From: an uncultured Bacteroidota bacterium
GTDB lineage: Bacteria > Bacteroidota > Bacteroidia > Bacteroidales > DTGW01
Direction of reading: 5' to 3'
NCBI GenBank assembly: GCA_963851385.1
Contig: CAWKPE010000018.1
Coordinates: 183,968-247,967, forward strand
Length of the DNA: 64,000 nt
Translations under genes and position numbers: made by a program
Notes under the pieces: generated by a model
Told to the model about the DNA's origin: nothing
Seen by the model: only the letters and a program-made list of their open reading frames with translations
Databases searched by the model: none
Shown: in pieces, positions 39,416 to 49,512 of the stretch
Numbering within the stretch: position 1 is the first letter of the stretch
How the letters are laid out: every line of letters begins with the position of its first letter

Positions 39416-41119
39416 TTGAAAAAACTATTTATAATAATGTCATTTTTTATAAGCTATTTTAATACTGCACAATCCCAGGATCTGGAAAAAATTAAAGATG
39501 CAAAACCTCTAACTGTTGCAGGCGGGATTGGCGCCAGTACAGGCTGGTATGGGTTTCATGGTATGGAAACCAGAAGAGATCCATTAACGTGGAGTATAAA
39601 TGCAAATCTTGATTTTAATATATATGGCGTTTTCGACATTCCTTTTTCCCTCATTATTACAAAAGGAGACCGAGTCTTAAACAGACCTGTTTATTCACAC
39701 TACGGTATTAGTCCTAAATACAAATTTATAACTGCCCACCTGGGTTATAGAAGTATGAACTTTTCTTCTTACTCATATTCCGGGCTTACTTTTCTTGGAG
39801 GTGGAGTAGAAGTAAAACCTGAAAAATCAATTTTTAGCTTCAGTTTTATGTATGGCCGGTTTAATGAAGCTATTCCCGTAAATTTTGCAACTGGTGACGT
39901 CACAAATGTTGCTTATGCAAGATATGGATGGGGAACTATGATTGGCATTGGCAAAAGTAAACACCATGTTGATCTGATACTGTTTAAAGCAAAAGATGAC
40001 ACGAGTTCAGTACATCTTAACCCGGATTCAATAAATAAAGTTAAACCACAGGAAAATTTAGTAATGGGAATTATTACTAATAATCAAATTGGCGATAATA
40101 TAAATCTCAAACTGGAATACACGACCAGTTATTTATCTACAGATATTACCTCACCTGCGCGTAAATTTTCCGGATTTTGTATAGCCAATTATTTAAAAGG
40201 CCTTTTCACTCCCAGGTTTTCGACATCAATTAAAAATGCCATAACCGGCGGCCTCAATTACCAGGGAAAAGGATATTCATTTGGTGTTGCCTATAAATGG
40301 ATAGATCCTGAATATAAATCTCTTGGTACATCTTATTCAGAAAATGATGTAGAAGACTGGACTGTAAATGCAACCAAAAGCCTGATAAGTAATAAGCTTA
40401 ATATTAGCGGAAGTATTGGAACTCAAAGGAATAATCTGGCCAACAATTTAAAAAACACCAGCAGGAGAAACATCTATTCTTTAAATTCTTCATTTGCTGT
40501 TAATCAAAATCTGAATTTTGGCCTGACTTATTCAAATTTTTCTTCCAGCAATGCACCTTCTGTAGTTGATATGAATGATTCTATTAAGTATATTCAAACC
40601 ACTACAAACAAAGGAATAAATGTTAATTACTCTAAAGGACTGGAAAAAACAAATCACAATATTTCATTCTGTTTTAATATGCAAAATGCAAATACATTGA
40701 ATCAAAACGGAACTGAAGCCGTCAGTAATAATACAACTGTAACATCAGGAACTCTTTCTTATAGCATTACGCTAATACCTATAGAACTGTCTATAAATTC
40801 AGCCGTTAATTATTCAAAGTTCAAACAGGATTCCGTTCAAAGTCTTACAGTCGGACCAACGTTAGGTGCCAGCAGGAGTTTCTTTAACAAAAAAATAAAT
40901 ACCAACCTGTCCTTCTCTTTTTTAAGACAGGACAACGGCTTGAATTCCAATAGCAATGTAACAGTACTGAATTTTTCTGTTTCCTACAGTTTCCTGAAAA
41001 ACCATAGTTTAAGCCTGAACAACGCAGTTTCATTTAATAACTCAAGGGATACTTCCGGAAAAAAGAAATCAAGTGAACTAGTGGGAAGCATTAGGTATTC
41101 ATACAACTTCAGTAAATGA
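39416..41119 (+). CDS. predicted outer-membrane beta-barrel protein (family not recognised); first gene of the large cluster
   Basis: TTG start with signal peptide (KKLFIIMSFFISYFNTAQSQ). 567 aa of alternating-polarity, Gly/Ser/Asn/Tyr-rich segments. Aromatic-rich C-terminal strand IRYSYNFSK. Confidence 0.55.
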   Translation: MKKLFIIMSFFISYFNTAQSQDLEKIKDAKPLTVAGGIGASTGWYGFHGMETRRDPLTWSINANLDFNIYGVFDIPFSLIITKGDRVLNRPVYSHYGISPKYKFITAHLGYRSMNFSSYSYSGLTFLGGGVEVKPEKSIFSFSFMYGRFNEAIPVNFATGDVTNVAYARYGWGTMIGIGKSKHHVDLILFKAKDDTSSVHLNPDSINKVKPQENLVMGIITNNQIGDNINLKLEYTTSYLSTDITSPARKFSGFCIANYLKGLFTPRFSTSIKNAITGGLNYQGKGYSFGVAYKWIDPEYKSLGTSYSENDVEDWTVNATKSLISNKLNISGSIGTQRNNLANNLKNTSRRNIYSLNSSFAVNQNLNFGLTYSNFSSSNAPSVVDMNDSIKYIQTTTNKGINVNYSKGLEKTNHNISFCFNMQNANTLNQNGTEAVSNNTTVTSGTLSYSITLIPIELSINSAVNYSKFKQDSVQSLTVGPTLGASRSFFNKKINTNLSFSFLRQDNGLNSNSNVTVLNFSVSYSFLKNHSLSLNNAVSFNNSRDTSGKKKSSELVGSIRYSYNFSK

Positions 41120-41120
41120 T

Positions 41121-44100
41121 ATGATTATGATAAAAAAACATTACTCAAGAATTATAACTTTTTTATTGTTGCTTCTGTTAGGCAATATTTTTTTAAGTTC
41201 ACAGGTAGCAAGCAGGGATGTGAGAGTTTCACAAATGCAGATATTAATTTCAGCTCCTTATCCCATTTACCTAAGTGACTATATTTCTGACATTACTAAA
41301 AAATTACAAATTGGCATATACTTTTCAGATAATGACAATAAAACATGGGATGTTCAACTTAAAATAAAACTGTATTGTGCCTCATTTGGAATTTCAACAA
41401 AACAAGATTTCATTCCTTTAAAACCAATTACTTTAACTGCCGGTGTTTTTAAATGGGTTTCCGGCTCAGAATTATATGAGTACTTTGATTTTAACAACCT
41501 GGACATTTCAGGTATTTCCAAGGAACAATTTGAACAATCCGGAGGCATGTTACCAGAAGGAACTTACACATTGAAGGTAGAAGTTTATAACTATTATCGT
41601 CGGCCGGATTTGTTAATTAATGATCCAGAAATAAGTAAAAAATATTTTGATATATCTTTATATGAAGCGCCTACGTTGATTGTGCCTTTACAGGAAAGTA
41701 TTATCAATCCCACAACAATTCAAAATATTACTTTTCAATGGCAACTTCCATTTGCCGATCTTCTGACTACAAGATATAAACTGCACATTTATGAAATTAC
41801 CGATCCTTATGCTGATCCTAAAAATGCAATTGAAGATGGTTCCGCTCTTTCAATTTTTACTTCTGAAGAAGTTAATATAAATACTTACCAGTACAGTATT
41901 TCAAAACCATTGCTTGAAGAAGGCAAGAAGTATGCCTACCGGGTTGAAGCAACCAATACAGATAAAAAACCTGTTTTTAAAAACAACGGATTTAGTGAAA
42001 CAAGATGGTTTTATTATGGATATCCAAAAAATGGTAAAATACAAATTGAATCTCCTGTAGATAAGTATGCATTTTCGTTGAGAGAAGATCGCATGTTCAG
42101 TTGGTCCGCTCCTGACAATCTTTTAAAAAATCAACAATACTCATATGAATTAAAAATAGTCGAACTTAATGATGGTGATGTTCCATCGGACGCTATTGAT
42201 TTCAATTCTCCATACTACACTTACAAAAGTACTATTTTGAGTGGATCGCTTGGCTATGAAAATTTGGTATCGCAACAATTTTCTCCTTTAAAACAATTTG
42301 CATGGCAGGTCAAGGCTTATAGTGATTCACATGAAATTGCCAAGAGCGATGTAAATACATTCTACGGGCCACCACCTATTGAAGCTTTTAAAGCAGGCAA
42401 CCACGTCGTTGAGTTAGTAAGGGCGTCATCAACGGATATGGACAATCTTAGCGGCGTAGGTAAAATAAGTATTTCAGATAGTGAAAAAATAGAAATGAAT
42501 TTTGAAAATATCAGGCTTGCAAAAACCGGTGGCGAATGGGTAATGCAGGAAGGAGAATTGACAGCAGATATGAAAAAACATCCTCCCATTATACTCCATC
42601 CTGAATATGAAGCAAATGGGGAAGCTAAATTTATTCCAGATGAACTCCTGTTAACAAAAGATATGCTTTCATTTCATGGTGTAGTTCAATGGAATTTACC
42701 TTATCCGACAATTTCATCGGATATACCCCTGGTAGAGTCTGTTCCCGTTTTTTTTAATTATAATGAATTCACTTTGCTTGGAGTAGCGCAGGTAAGTGAA
42801 AAAACAAGGGAGTTTGATTTGCTTGATCCACTTGGCTTTACTATTGATCTCTCGGAAAAATCAAATTTTCTTGTTCGTGGAAAAAATAATTTTGTCATTC
42901 GGTTCGGTGGTGAAATAATGTTGCCTAATAGTATCCGGTCGACTTCCGGCAAAAGATCATTCATTCCTTTTAATGAAAATCAATTGTTCTGGATACAGGG
43001 AACTAACCCAAATTTGGAAATTCTTCCTGTTAGAAATACAGGTATTATATTAAAACCAACTTCTTACGTAATTGATTTTTCAGAAACTGAATCACCATTT
43101 AAATTTAAAAATAATCCTGAATGGAAAGGCTGCTATTTTGGTGACTTTGAAACTGATTATAACAAGCTATTAGATAGTACAAGACAGTTAAGGTTAACTG
43201 ATAAAATTGTTTATAATACCAATCAAAACAAAAATGATTCGGTCAAATTCTGGATTACTTCTACTGGTTTGGATTACCAGTATATGTACAAATTTACAGA
43301 TAGTATTAATTCAACTTTTAATACTTTTCCTTCTGTTTTGAATAATTTGGATATACAGGTAGAAAAAGGGAGAGTAATAAACAAATTTGAAAAAGGAAGC
43401 ATTAAGATTCCTTTTATCAACGAAACTGATGAATATCCTTATACAATCGAAATTTCAGACTTGGGATTTAAGCCAGGCGACCTGGATAAAAGTCTGGCAG
43501 GTCTGGAATTCGCGTTTAATCCTGACGGAGGCGACCAAAAAATAAATCTCAAGATTGAGCGGGCTGTATTTGCCGACAATGAAAGAATGGATATGACTCT
43601 TGATGTTGATTGGCCCGGACTGAATTTTAAGCTGGAATCTGTAGATAATTTTAAGGCCTGGGGCAATTTAAAAATAGGATTTGGAAAACCAAACGGAACG
43701 ACCCCTTTAACACACCAGCAATCCGGATCGATTAAATCATTCCCAATTACAATTGAAAATATAGGTGCCGGAAGTACTGATGGATTGTATGCTTTTGGTG
43801 TATCGACAATTATTATTATGTCTGAAGATGCTACCGGGCCTGACGGACCTACAAGAAGCAATATTTACAGTCTGGTTGAGAATAAATTTCTTGGTGAATA
43901 TGTTCCGGTAACAACTGAAACAGATAACAATGAACAAGTAAATAGTACTTCCGAAGATTCATCAAGTATACCTCTTTCCCAAACAATTACTAACCTGGAT
44001 CTTAATAACCTTCCGGAAAATTATAGCCCAGAAAAGTTAGAGAATGATATTAATAAAAAAGTGGCGGAAAGTAAAAAAAATACATTAGATAAAATAACCA

Positions 44101-46310
44101 ATGAAAATTCATTATCGCAAAACAATTTTACTCAAAATGATTCTTTATCACATACAAGCGGATCAAAAACAGAGGGTGATAAGTGGACCTATGGTGATAC
44201 AACAAAATATACAAATGGAAATACAGAAGTTGCATTCGTCTCTTTTGTTAGTGTAGATTATTCTTCAGAAAAACTGTGGGCAGCTATTGACACACTCGTA
44301 AAGCTATTACCCAAAGAACAGAAAGAAGAGGCCGTAAAGGTAAAAGCAGGGATAAAGTCATTAGAGCAAAGATACCAGGTTGATATTTTCAAAGAAATTA
44401 CCGATATAAATAAACTGTTTAACAAAATATTAAAAAAAGAATATGACAGGTTAATCAGTGATCTTCTTAAACCTATTGATGACAAAACCAACGATGCAAA
44501 AAAATTAGTAACAGCTACCGTCAAATCATTCACCGACATTGCCAATAAAAGCGTCTCAGATGCAGTAGGAGCCTCAATTAATACTATTTCTGAGGCAATT
44601 CAGGGAATGACTGATAAAGATGACATTAAACAGGTAATTAATAATATTGCCGATAGCACCAAAGTAATTATAGTCAATGAAATTAATAAAAGGATAAATG
44701 GCTTTGTTAAAGAACAGGTCACCGATCCGATTAATGACCAAATATTAGGAAAAATCTCAAAAATTGTCCAGGATTCACTCAGGGCACAATTGACAACATT
44801 TGGATATAGAATTATAGATAACGGGGGAAATGCAAATCTGAACGATGTAATAGATGTAAACAGAATATTAGGTTCAATTAATGATCAAGTTATATCTAAA
44901 TTATTTGATTTTAATGAAATCCAAAAAGGCATTGATGGCGCTAAGGATGCTTTCTTTAATAAATATTTTAACCCTTCTGATATATACGATACACTATTTG
45001 ATCAATTGGCAAAAAAAGGCCTGGATTATTTGGCTAAACAAATTGAAGATTCAGTTTCAAAAGCTATTGTTAAAGGTGTTACGGATGCTTTTGGAAAAGG
45101 TGCCGGTGGATTTGCAGATACGTTGTTGGATAATTTAGGAGATAATGTAAAACTTGATTTCTCAGATTTGGGTGAAAAAATCAAAGATGGTAGATTGGAT
45201 AAAATTATAGTATTTGATCCAACTAAAATAAGTATTAAAACATCCATAGTTGATGTGGTCGGAAGTGTCAAATTTATTAATGACAGTATTGAAGGAAATG
45301 TATTTAAAGGAAATTTTGATGTCCTTGTCAAAGTTCCTACAAAGTTTAAAGTCAGCGCCAAATACATAAGCGGGAAACGTGGTGATTTGGATTATTGGTA
45401 CGTGGGAGTAGGGTATGATGCCAGAGATGATGCCAGTAAGGACAAAAATAAAAAAGCAGAGCCATTATCGGAGGTCATTCCTTTGGGTATAATAAATATT
45501 ACAGCTATTTCCGGCAAGCTGTACCATCATATGTCTGTAACTGACGAATCCGAAAAACCCGATGCGAGCATTGATTATGGGGCCGGTCTGACATTGGCAC
45601 TAAACGACGGCATTACAAACGGTTCGTATGTAAAGCTTGATGTAGCAGCCAGTGTAACTGTTAAAACCGATGGCAATTTTAATATAGATTTTAAAGGGAA
45701 TATTGATATTTGCAGCAGCACTGCAAAAGGAACCATTTCTCTTTCTTATGATTCAAAAGAACAACATTTCCTGGGTGTTGGTTCGATCAATATTACCACA
45801 AGCGTTTTATGTGCTGATGGAACTGTAACAGTTGATCTGAAGCCAGGTGATTTCCTGATTGGAATTGGTTCAAAAGAAAAGAAAATTATATTCGTTCCTG
45901 CGTGCGCCGGATGGTCGCCAACGGGCTGGTTAATTATAACTCAAAGAGATTTTGATCTTGGCCTGGGTCTTAGTTTTTCAGGTTATGCACAAAGTCCGTC
46001 TATCAATATTTGTGGGATAGATTTTGCAGCTTACGCCGGATTTGGAGTTGCTGCAGGCATAGAGGTAGCGGTTATATATGCACCTTCACTTAAATTGGAA
46101 AAAGCCGGAGTTTGGTTACAGGCATGGGCATCAGTGGGATTAATAATCGGTGATAGTAAAGTCGAAATATTGTCTGCAACATTGACCGGTAACTCTTATG
46201 TAATATTCGATCCGCCTCCTACCACTGCTACGGGAGATTTTAATGTTACTCTTACAGTGCTAGGAATTTTTCAGGTTGGTTTTGGCATGAATTATTCGAT
46301 GACACTTTAA
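41121..46310 (+). CDS. 1729-aa exported protein of unknown family
   Basis: Starts 1 nt after the previous stop. N-terminal signal/anchor. FN3-like repeats marked by TFQWQLPF, MFSWSAPD and QFAWQVKAY. S/N/D/K-rich central region and a Gly/Ala/Val-rich beta-like C-terminus. Confidence 0.7.
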   Translation: MIMIKKHYSRIITFLLLLLLGNIFLSSQVASRDVRVSQMQILISAPYPIYLSDYISDITKKLQIGIYFSDNDNKTWDVQLKIKLYCASFGISTKQDFIPLKPITLTAGVFKWVSGSELYEYFDFNNLDISGISKEQFEQSGGMLPEGTYTLKVEVYNYYRRPDLLINDPEISKKYFDISLYEAPTLIVPLQESIINPTTIQNITFQWQLPFADLLTTRYKLHIYEITDPYADPKNAIEDGSALSIFTSEEVNINTYQYSISKPLLEEGKKYAYRVEATNTDKKPVFKNNGFSETRWFYYGYPKNGKIQIESPVDKYAFSLREDRMFSWSAPDNLLKNQQYSYELKIVELNDGDVPSDAIDFNSPYYTYKSTILSGSLGYENLVSQQFSPLKQFAWQVKAYSDSHEIAKSDVNTFYGPPPIEAFKAGNHVVELVRASSTDMDNLSGVGKISISDSEKIEMNFENIRLAKTGGEWVMQEGELTADMKKHPPIILHPEYEANGEAKFIPDELLLTKDMLSFHGVVQWNLPYPTISSDIPLVESVPVFFNYNEFTLLGVAQVSEKTREFDLLDPLGFTIDLSEKSNFLVRGKNNFVIRFGGEIMLPNSIRSTSGKRSFIPFNENQLFWIQGTNPNLEILPVRNTGIILKPTSYVIDFSETESPFKFKNNPEWKGCYFGDFETDYNKLLDSTRQLRLTDKIVYNTNQNKNDSVKFWITSTGLDYQYMYKFTDSINSTFNTFPSVLNNLDIQVEKGRVINKFEKGSIKIPFINETDEYPYTIEISDLGFKPGDLDKSLAGLEFAFNPDGGDQKINLKIERAVFADNERMDMTLDVDWPGLNFKLESVDNFKAWGNLKIGFGKPNGTTPLTHQQSGSIKSFPITIENIGAGSTDGLYAFGVSTIIIMSEDATGPDGPTRSNIYSLVENKFLGEYVPVTTETDNNEQVNSTSEDSSSIPLSQTITNLDLNNLPENYSPEKLENDINKKVAESKKNTLDKITNENSLSQNNFTQNDSLSHTSGSKTEGDKWTYGDTTKYTNGNTEVAFVSFVSVDYSSEKLWAAIDTLVKLLPKEQKEEAVKVKAGIKSLEQRYQVDIFKEITDINKLFNKILKKEYDRLISDLLKPIDDKTNDAKKLVTATVKSFTDIANKSVSDAVGASINTISEAIQGMTDKDDIKQVINNIADSTKVIIVNEINKRINGFVKEQVTDPINDQILGKISKIVQDSLRAQLTTFGYRIIDNGGNANLNDVIDVNRILGSINDQVISKLFDFNEIQKGIDGAKDAFFNKYFNPSDIYDTLFDQLAKKGLDYLAKQIEDSVSKAIVKGVTDAFGKGAGGFADTLLDNLGDNVKLDFSDLGEKIKDGRLDKIIVFDPTKISIKTSIVDVVGSVKFINDSIEGNVFKGNFDVLVKVPTKFKVSAKYISGKRGDLDYWYVGVGYDARDDASKDKNKKAEPLSEVIPLGIINITAISGKLYHHMSVTDESEKPDASIDYGAGLTLALNDGITNGSYVKLDVAASVTVKTDGNFNIDFKGNIDICSSTAKGTISLSYDSKEQHFLGVGSINITTSVLCADGTVTVDLKPGDFLIGIGSKEKKIIFVPACAGWSPTGWLIITQRDFDLGLGLSFSGYAQSPSINICGIDFAAYAGFGVAAGIEVAVIYAPSLKLEKAGVWLQAWASVGLIIGDSKVEILSATLTGNSYVIFDPPPTTATGDFNVTLTVLGIFQVGFGMNYSMTL

Positions 46311-46329
46311 CTAAAATATATTTTACTAT

Positions 46330-48363
46330 ATGAAACATATTTTTTATATAAGCATATTCATCAGCATCCTGAATATTTCAACGATAAATTCATTAAATGC
46401 ACAGGATGCAAAATGCCGGATTTTTGCCAAAAGTGCCATAATCAATAATCATAAAGCAATATTAATAAAGTGGTTTTTTAAAGATATTTATTTAAAAGAC
46501 GGTGTTAATATTTACAGAAAAGACTCATCAGAACTAAATTGGGTAAAACTAAATGATGCTCCCCTGAAAATAGGGAGTTATGTTCCAAAAGAATATTTTT
46601 CAAACGATCCTGCGCTGAAGTCAATAGCAGATATAATCATAAAATCACCAAAAGAAAACATTAAAGGAATATTGCTTTTAACTGTTATAATAAAAGCTAT
46701 CCAAAACAATCAGTTTGCCGGGTTCTTGGGAACGTTTTTTTCAGATACGCTTGCCAGACCGGGAAAATCATATCAGTATAAAATAACCTCGCTTGCAGGT
46801 TTAAAGGAATCCGACCTGATTATTTCAAAGAAAATCAGCCTGGAAGAAATGTATAATGTTCTGCCTCCGTCAAACATACATATTTCTCCGGGAGATGAAT
46901 CAGTTTCGATGGTTTGGGAGCCGGAAGAAGAAAGGTATTTTGGAGTAAATATTTATCGCTCTTCAACTATGGATCCAAAAATGATAAAGTTAAACCAGCT
47001 TCCAATTATTACATCAAAAGGTTATGACAAAAAGGGACAACTCAATTATCCCGATGTTTTTTTCAAGGATAAAAACTTAGTTAACGATTCAATTTATACA
47101 TATACTTTAAGAGTTATTGATTTTTTTGGTGATGAAGGGACCGAATCACAGAAATTCAATGTTATCCCAAGTAATATGGCACCTCCCAAATCACCCGAAA
47201 AAATAACTGTAAGTGCAGTTAAAAGTGGCATCAAACTTAAATGGGAATATCCTTATGATAAGGAACAGATAATAGGGTTCAAAATTTATCGTGGTGAACA
47301 TTCAGATACTTTGACCTGCATTACTCCGGAAATGCTTTCAGTTGGAACGAGGGAATTTAATGATCCAATAAATATCCCCGGTGGTTATTATTACTGCATT
47401 TCAAGTGTTAATAGGAAAAATATTGAAGGTAAATCCAATAAAACCTTTACAGAATTCCGTGACTATACTCCTCCTTCAAAACCCTCAGAAGTAAAAATAA
47501 GTTCCGATACAGGAAAGTTCATCATCACATGGAACCCAAACACTGAACCAGACTTGCTGGGGTATTTGGTATTAAGAAAACCGGTAGATGCAAAGTATAA
47601 AGAATATTCTCAAATTACTCCCGATGCTATTAAAGTATGCATTTTTACAGATAAGATGCCAAGAAACGTAACTAATAGTTTTACTTATAAAATAGTTGCT
47701 ATAGATACATCTTTAAACAGAAGCGAACCTTCTGAAGAAGTAGTCGCAAAAATGCCGGATGTAACTCCTCCTGCAAAACCTTATATCAAAAATATTACTG
47801 ACTCCCCGGAAGGCGTACTTATTGAATGGGTGCCTAACGTGGAACCTGATTTAAGCAGATATGAAATTTATCGTAAACAGGCAAATGAACCTATAACAAA
47901 TCAGATAAAACTAAACGATAAAGAAATCAGACCACCCGACAATCGTTTCAAAGATATGTCATTGAAAATTGACATCGAATATTCCTATTCCTTAGTTGCA
48001 TTTGACAGTTCGGGAAATAGATCAAAATTTTCGGATCCTTATGTCTTCACAAAAAAATCCAAAGAACAAATTGCAGCTGGAGCAAATAATATTAAGTTAA
48101 AATATGACCCTAAAAACAAAAGTGTATCCATAAAGTGGGAGATACAAAAAAAGGAAGACTTTTTAGGGTCTGTTATTTATAGAAAAAAAAGTAAGTACGA
48201 AGGGTTTAAGGCAATAACGGGCTTACTGAAAGAAACGAGTTATGAAGATACATTACCTGGTGAAAACACCGAATATTTCTTTCAGCTCAGGGTGTATTAT
48301 AAGTCGGGCGAACAATGGAAATCGGAAATATATAATATAAAAACAATAAAAATTAATGACTAA
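46330..48363 (+). CDS. fibronectin type III repeat protein
   Basis: Signal peptide. About six FN3-like repeats with recurring P..P..(I/V)....(S/G)...(I/L).W.......D(L/I).(G/R)Y.(I/V)YR and (D/N)..GN.S motifs. Confidence 0.7.
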   Translation: MKHIFYISIFISILNISTINSLNAQDAKCRIFAKSAIINNHKAILIKWFFKDIYLKDGVNIYRKDSSELNWVKLNDAPLKIGSYVPKEYFSNDPALKSIADIIIKSPKENIKGILLLTVIIKAIQNNQFAGFLGTFFSDTLARPGKSYQYKITSLAGLKESDLIISKKISLEEMYNVLPPSNIHISPGDESVSMVWEPEEERYFGVNIYRSSTMDPKMIKLNQLPIITSKGYDKKGQLNYPDVFFKDKNLVNDSIYTYTLRVIDFFGDEGTESQKFNVIPSNMAPPKSPEKITVSAVKSGIKLKWEYPYDKEQIIGFKIYRGEHSDTLTCITPEMLSVGTREFNDPINIPGGYYYCISSVNRKNIEGKSNKTFTEFRDYTPPSKPSEVKISSDTGKFIITWNPNTEPDLLGYLVLRKPVDAKYKEYSQITPDAIKVCIFTDKMPRNVTNSFTYKIVAIDTSLNRSEPSEEVVAKMPDVTPPAKPYIKNITDSPEGVLIEWVPNVEPDLSRYEIYRKQANEPITNQIKLNDKEIRPPDNRFKDMSLKIDIEYSYSLVAFDSSGNRSKFSDPYVFTKKSKEQIAAGANNIKLKYDPKNKSVSIKWEIQKKEDFLGSVIYRKKSKYEGFKAITGLLKETSYEDTLPGENTEYFFQLRVYYKSGEQWKSEIYNIKTIKIND

Positions 48364-48416
48364 TGACTAATGACTAATGACTAATGACTAATGACTAATG
48401 ACTAATGACTAATGAC
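48354..48416. repeat. tandem heptamer (TAATGAC) x9 spanning the stop codon of the FN3 gene
   Basis: Counted directly. The first unit encodes the last residues (N D), the second supplies the TAA stop, and the array places stops in all three frames. Confidence 0.95.
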
Positions 48417-48440
48417 TAAATTCTAATAAAACTAAACAAT

Positions 48441-49295
48441 ATGAAGACGTCAAATTTATTGAAATTTCTTTCCTGTATAATTATAATTTGTATTCATACA
48501 GGATTAAATGCCCAAATAGGAATCAATACTGATACTCCTGATTCAAGCGCTGTTCTGCAAATTAATGCCGATCGTCGTGGATTGCTTATACCTTCATTAT
48601 CTGATACTGGTTTAATTGAGAAACCTGCTGATGGCCTGGTCTTTTATAATAACGTTCAAAAAGCATACTATTTACATACGGGTAACAGCTGGAAAATTAT
48701 GGTTCCGTTTGAGATACTAAATGACACAAGTATCTCAACAAGTTATAATATTACTATAAAAGGCGCTGTCTTAGTTCAAAACGATGTTACATCAAATGGC
48801 AATATTACGGCAAAAGGTACATTTACAGCAAATGGCAACATAACAGCAAATGGCAAAATAATAGCAAATAATTCTCTCACTGCAAATGGAGCTTTTACAT
48901 CAAACGGCAATGTCACGGTAAACAACAATGTCACAGTAAATGGTAATGTATCTGCACAAAGTTATAGTAATAATCTTACAGGTAACGGGCCGGTACCGAA
49001 AGGTGGAATAATTATGTGGTCAGGTGCAATTAATCAGATTCCGCAAGGATGGGCCTTATGCAACGGCCAAACAGTAAATGGCATTAAAACTCCTGATTTG
49101 ACGAACAGGTTTATTGTCGGTGTAGGCAAGCGCTATAATCCTGGTGATATAGGAGGTCAGGATTCAGTTGCTTTGAAATTGTCAGAAATGCCAAAGCATA
49201 ATCATGGTGGGGGGAAACATTCTCATAATATAGTCGCTTATGTTGACGCATGGGGTTGGAATGGGGATCACCGCTTTAAAAGCGATAAAAACTGA
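48441..49295 (+). CDS. phage-tail-collar-domain protein, main part (frameshifted relative to 49240-49458)
   Basis: Signal peptide, IGINTDTPDSSAVLQINADRRGLLIPSLS N-terminal motif and NGNITANG beta-helix-like repeats. Collar motif GGIIMWSG...IPQGWALCNG...TPDLTNRFIVG...LSEMPKHNHGG. Confidence 0.75.
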   Translation: MKTSNLLKFLSCIIIICIHTGLNAQIGINTDTPDSSAVLQINADRRGLLIPSLSDTGLIEKPADGLVFYNNVQKAYYLHTGNSWKIMVPFEILNDTSISTSYNITIKGAVLVQNDVTSNGNITAKGTFTANGNITANGKIIANNSLTANGAFTSNGNVTVNNNVTVNGNVSAQSYSNNLTGNGPVPKGGIIMWSGAINQIPQGWALCNGQTVNGIKTPDLTNRFIVGVGKRYNPGDIGGQDSVALKLSEMPKHNHGGGKHSHNIVAYVDAWGWNGDHRFKSDKN

Positions 49296-49458
49296 AGGAG
49301 ATTCCGATGGCTCAGAAAGTGATATGGGTGGTCTAATAACTAATAGCGGTACAATTATTACTCCTGAAGGAGGAACTTCATTGCTACCATATGGCTCTTC
49401 TATGCCACATGAAAACCGTCCACCATACTATGCACTGGCATATATCATAAAACTTTAA
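49240..49458 (+). CDS. C-terminal fragment of the tail-collar-domain protein (+1 frame)
   Basis: Ends HENRPPYYALAYIIKL, the usual collar-domain C-terminus. Removing one A from the A5 run 49287-49291 joins ...HRFKSDK to TEGDSDGSE... Confidence 0.65.
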   Translation: MLTHGVGMGITALKAIKTEGDSDGSESDMGGLITNSGTIITPEGGTSLLPYGSSMPHENRPPYYALAYIIKL

Positions 49459-49512
49459 AACATTTAAAAAATAAATTCTTTTTTGTTACAGAAGCTATTA
49501 AAACAAAAAGCA

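Noticed and set aside
48441-49458. Prophage or tailocin, suggested by the phage tail-collar domain
   Set aside because: No capsid, terminase, portal, baseplate, sheath/tube or integrase genes occur nearby. The protein has a signal peptide and the Bacteroidota-type IGINT..P..SA.L N-terminus, so it looks like a cellular surface protein that re-uses the collar fold.
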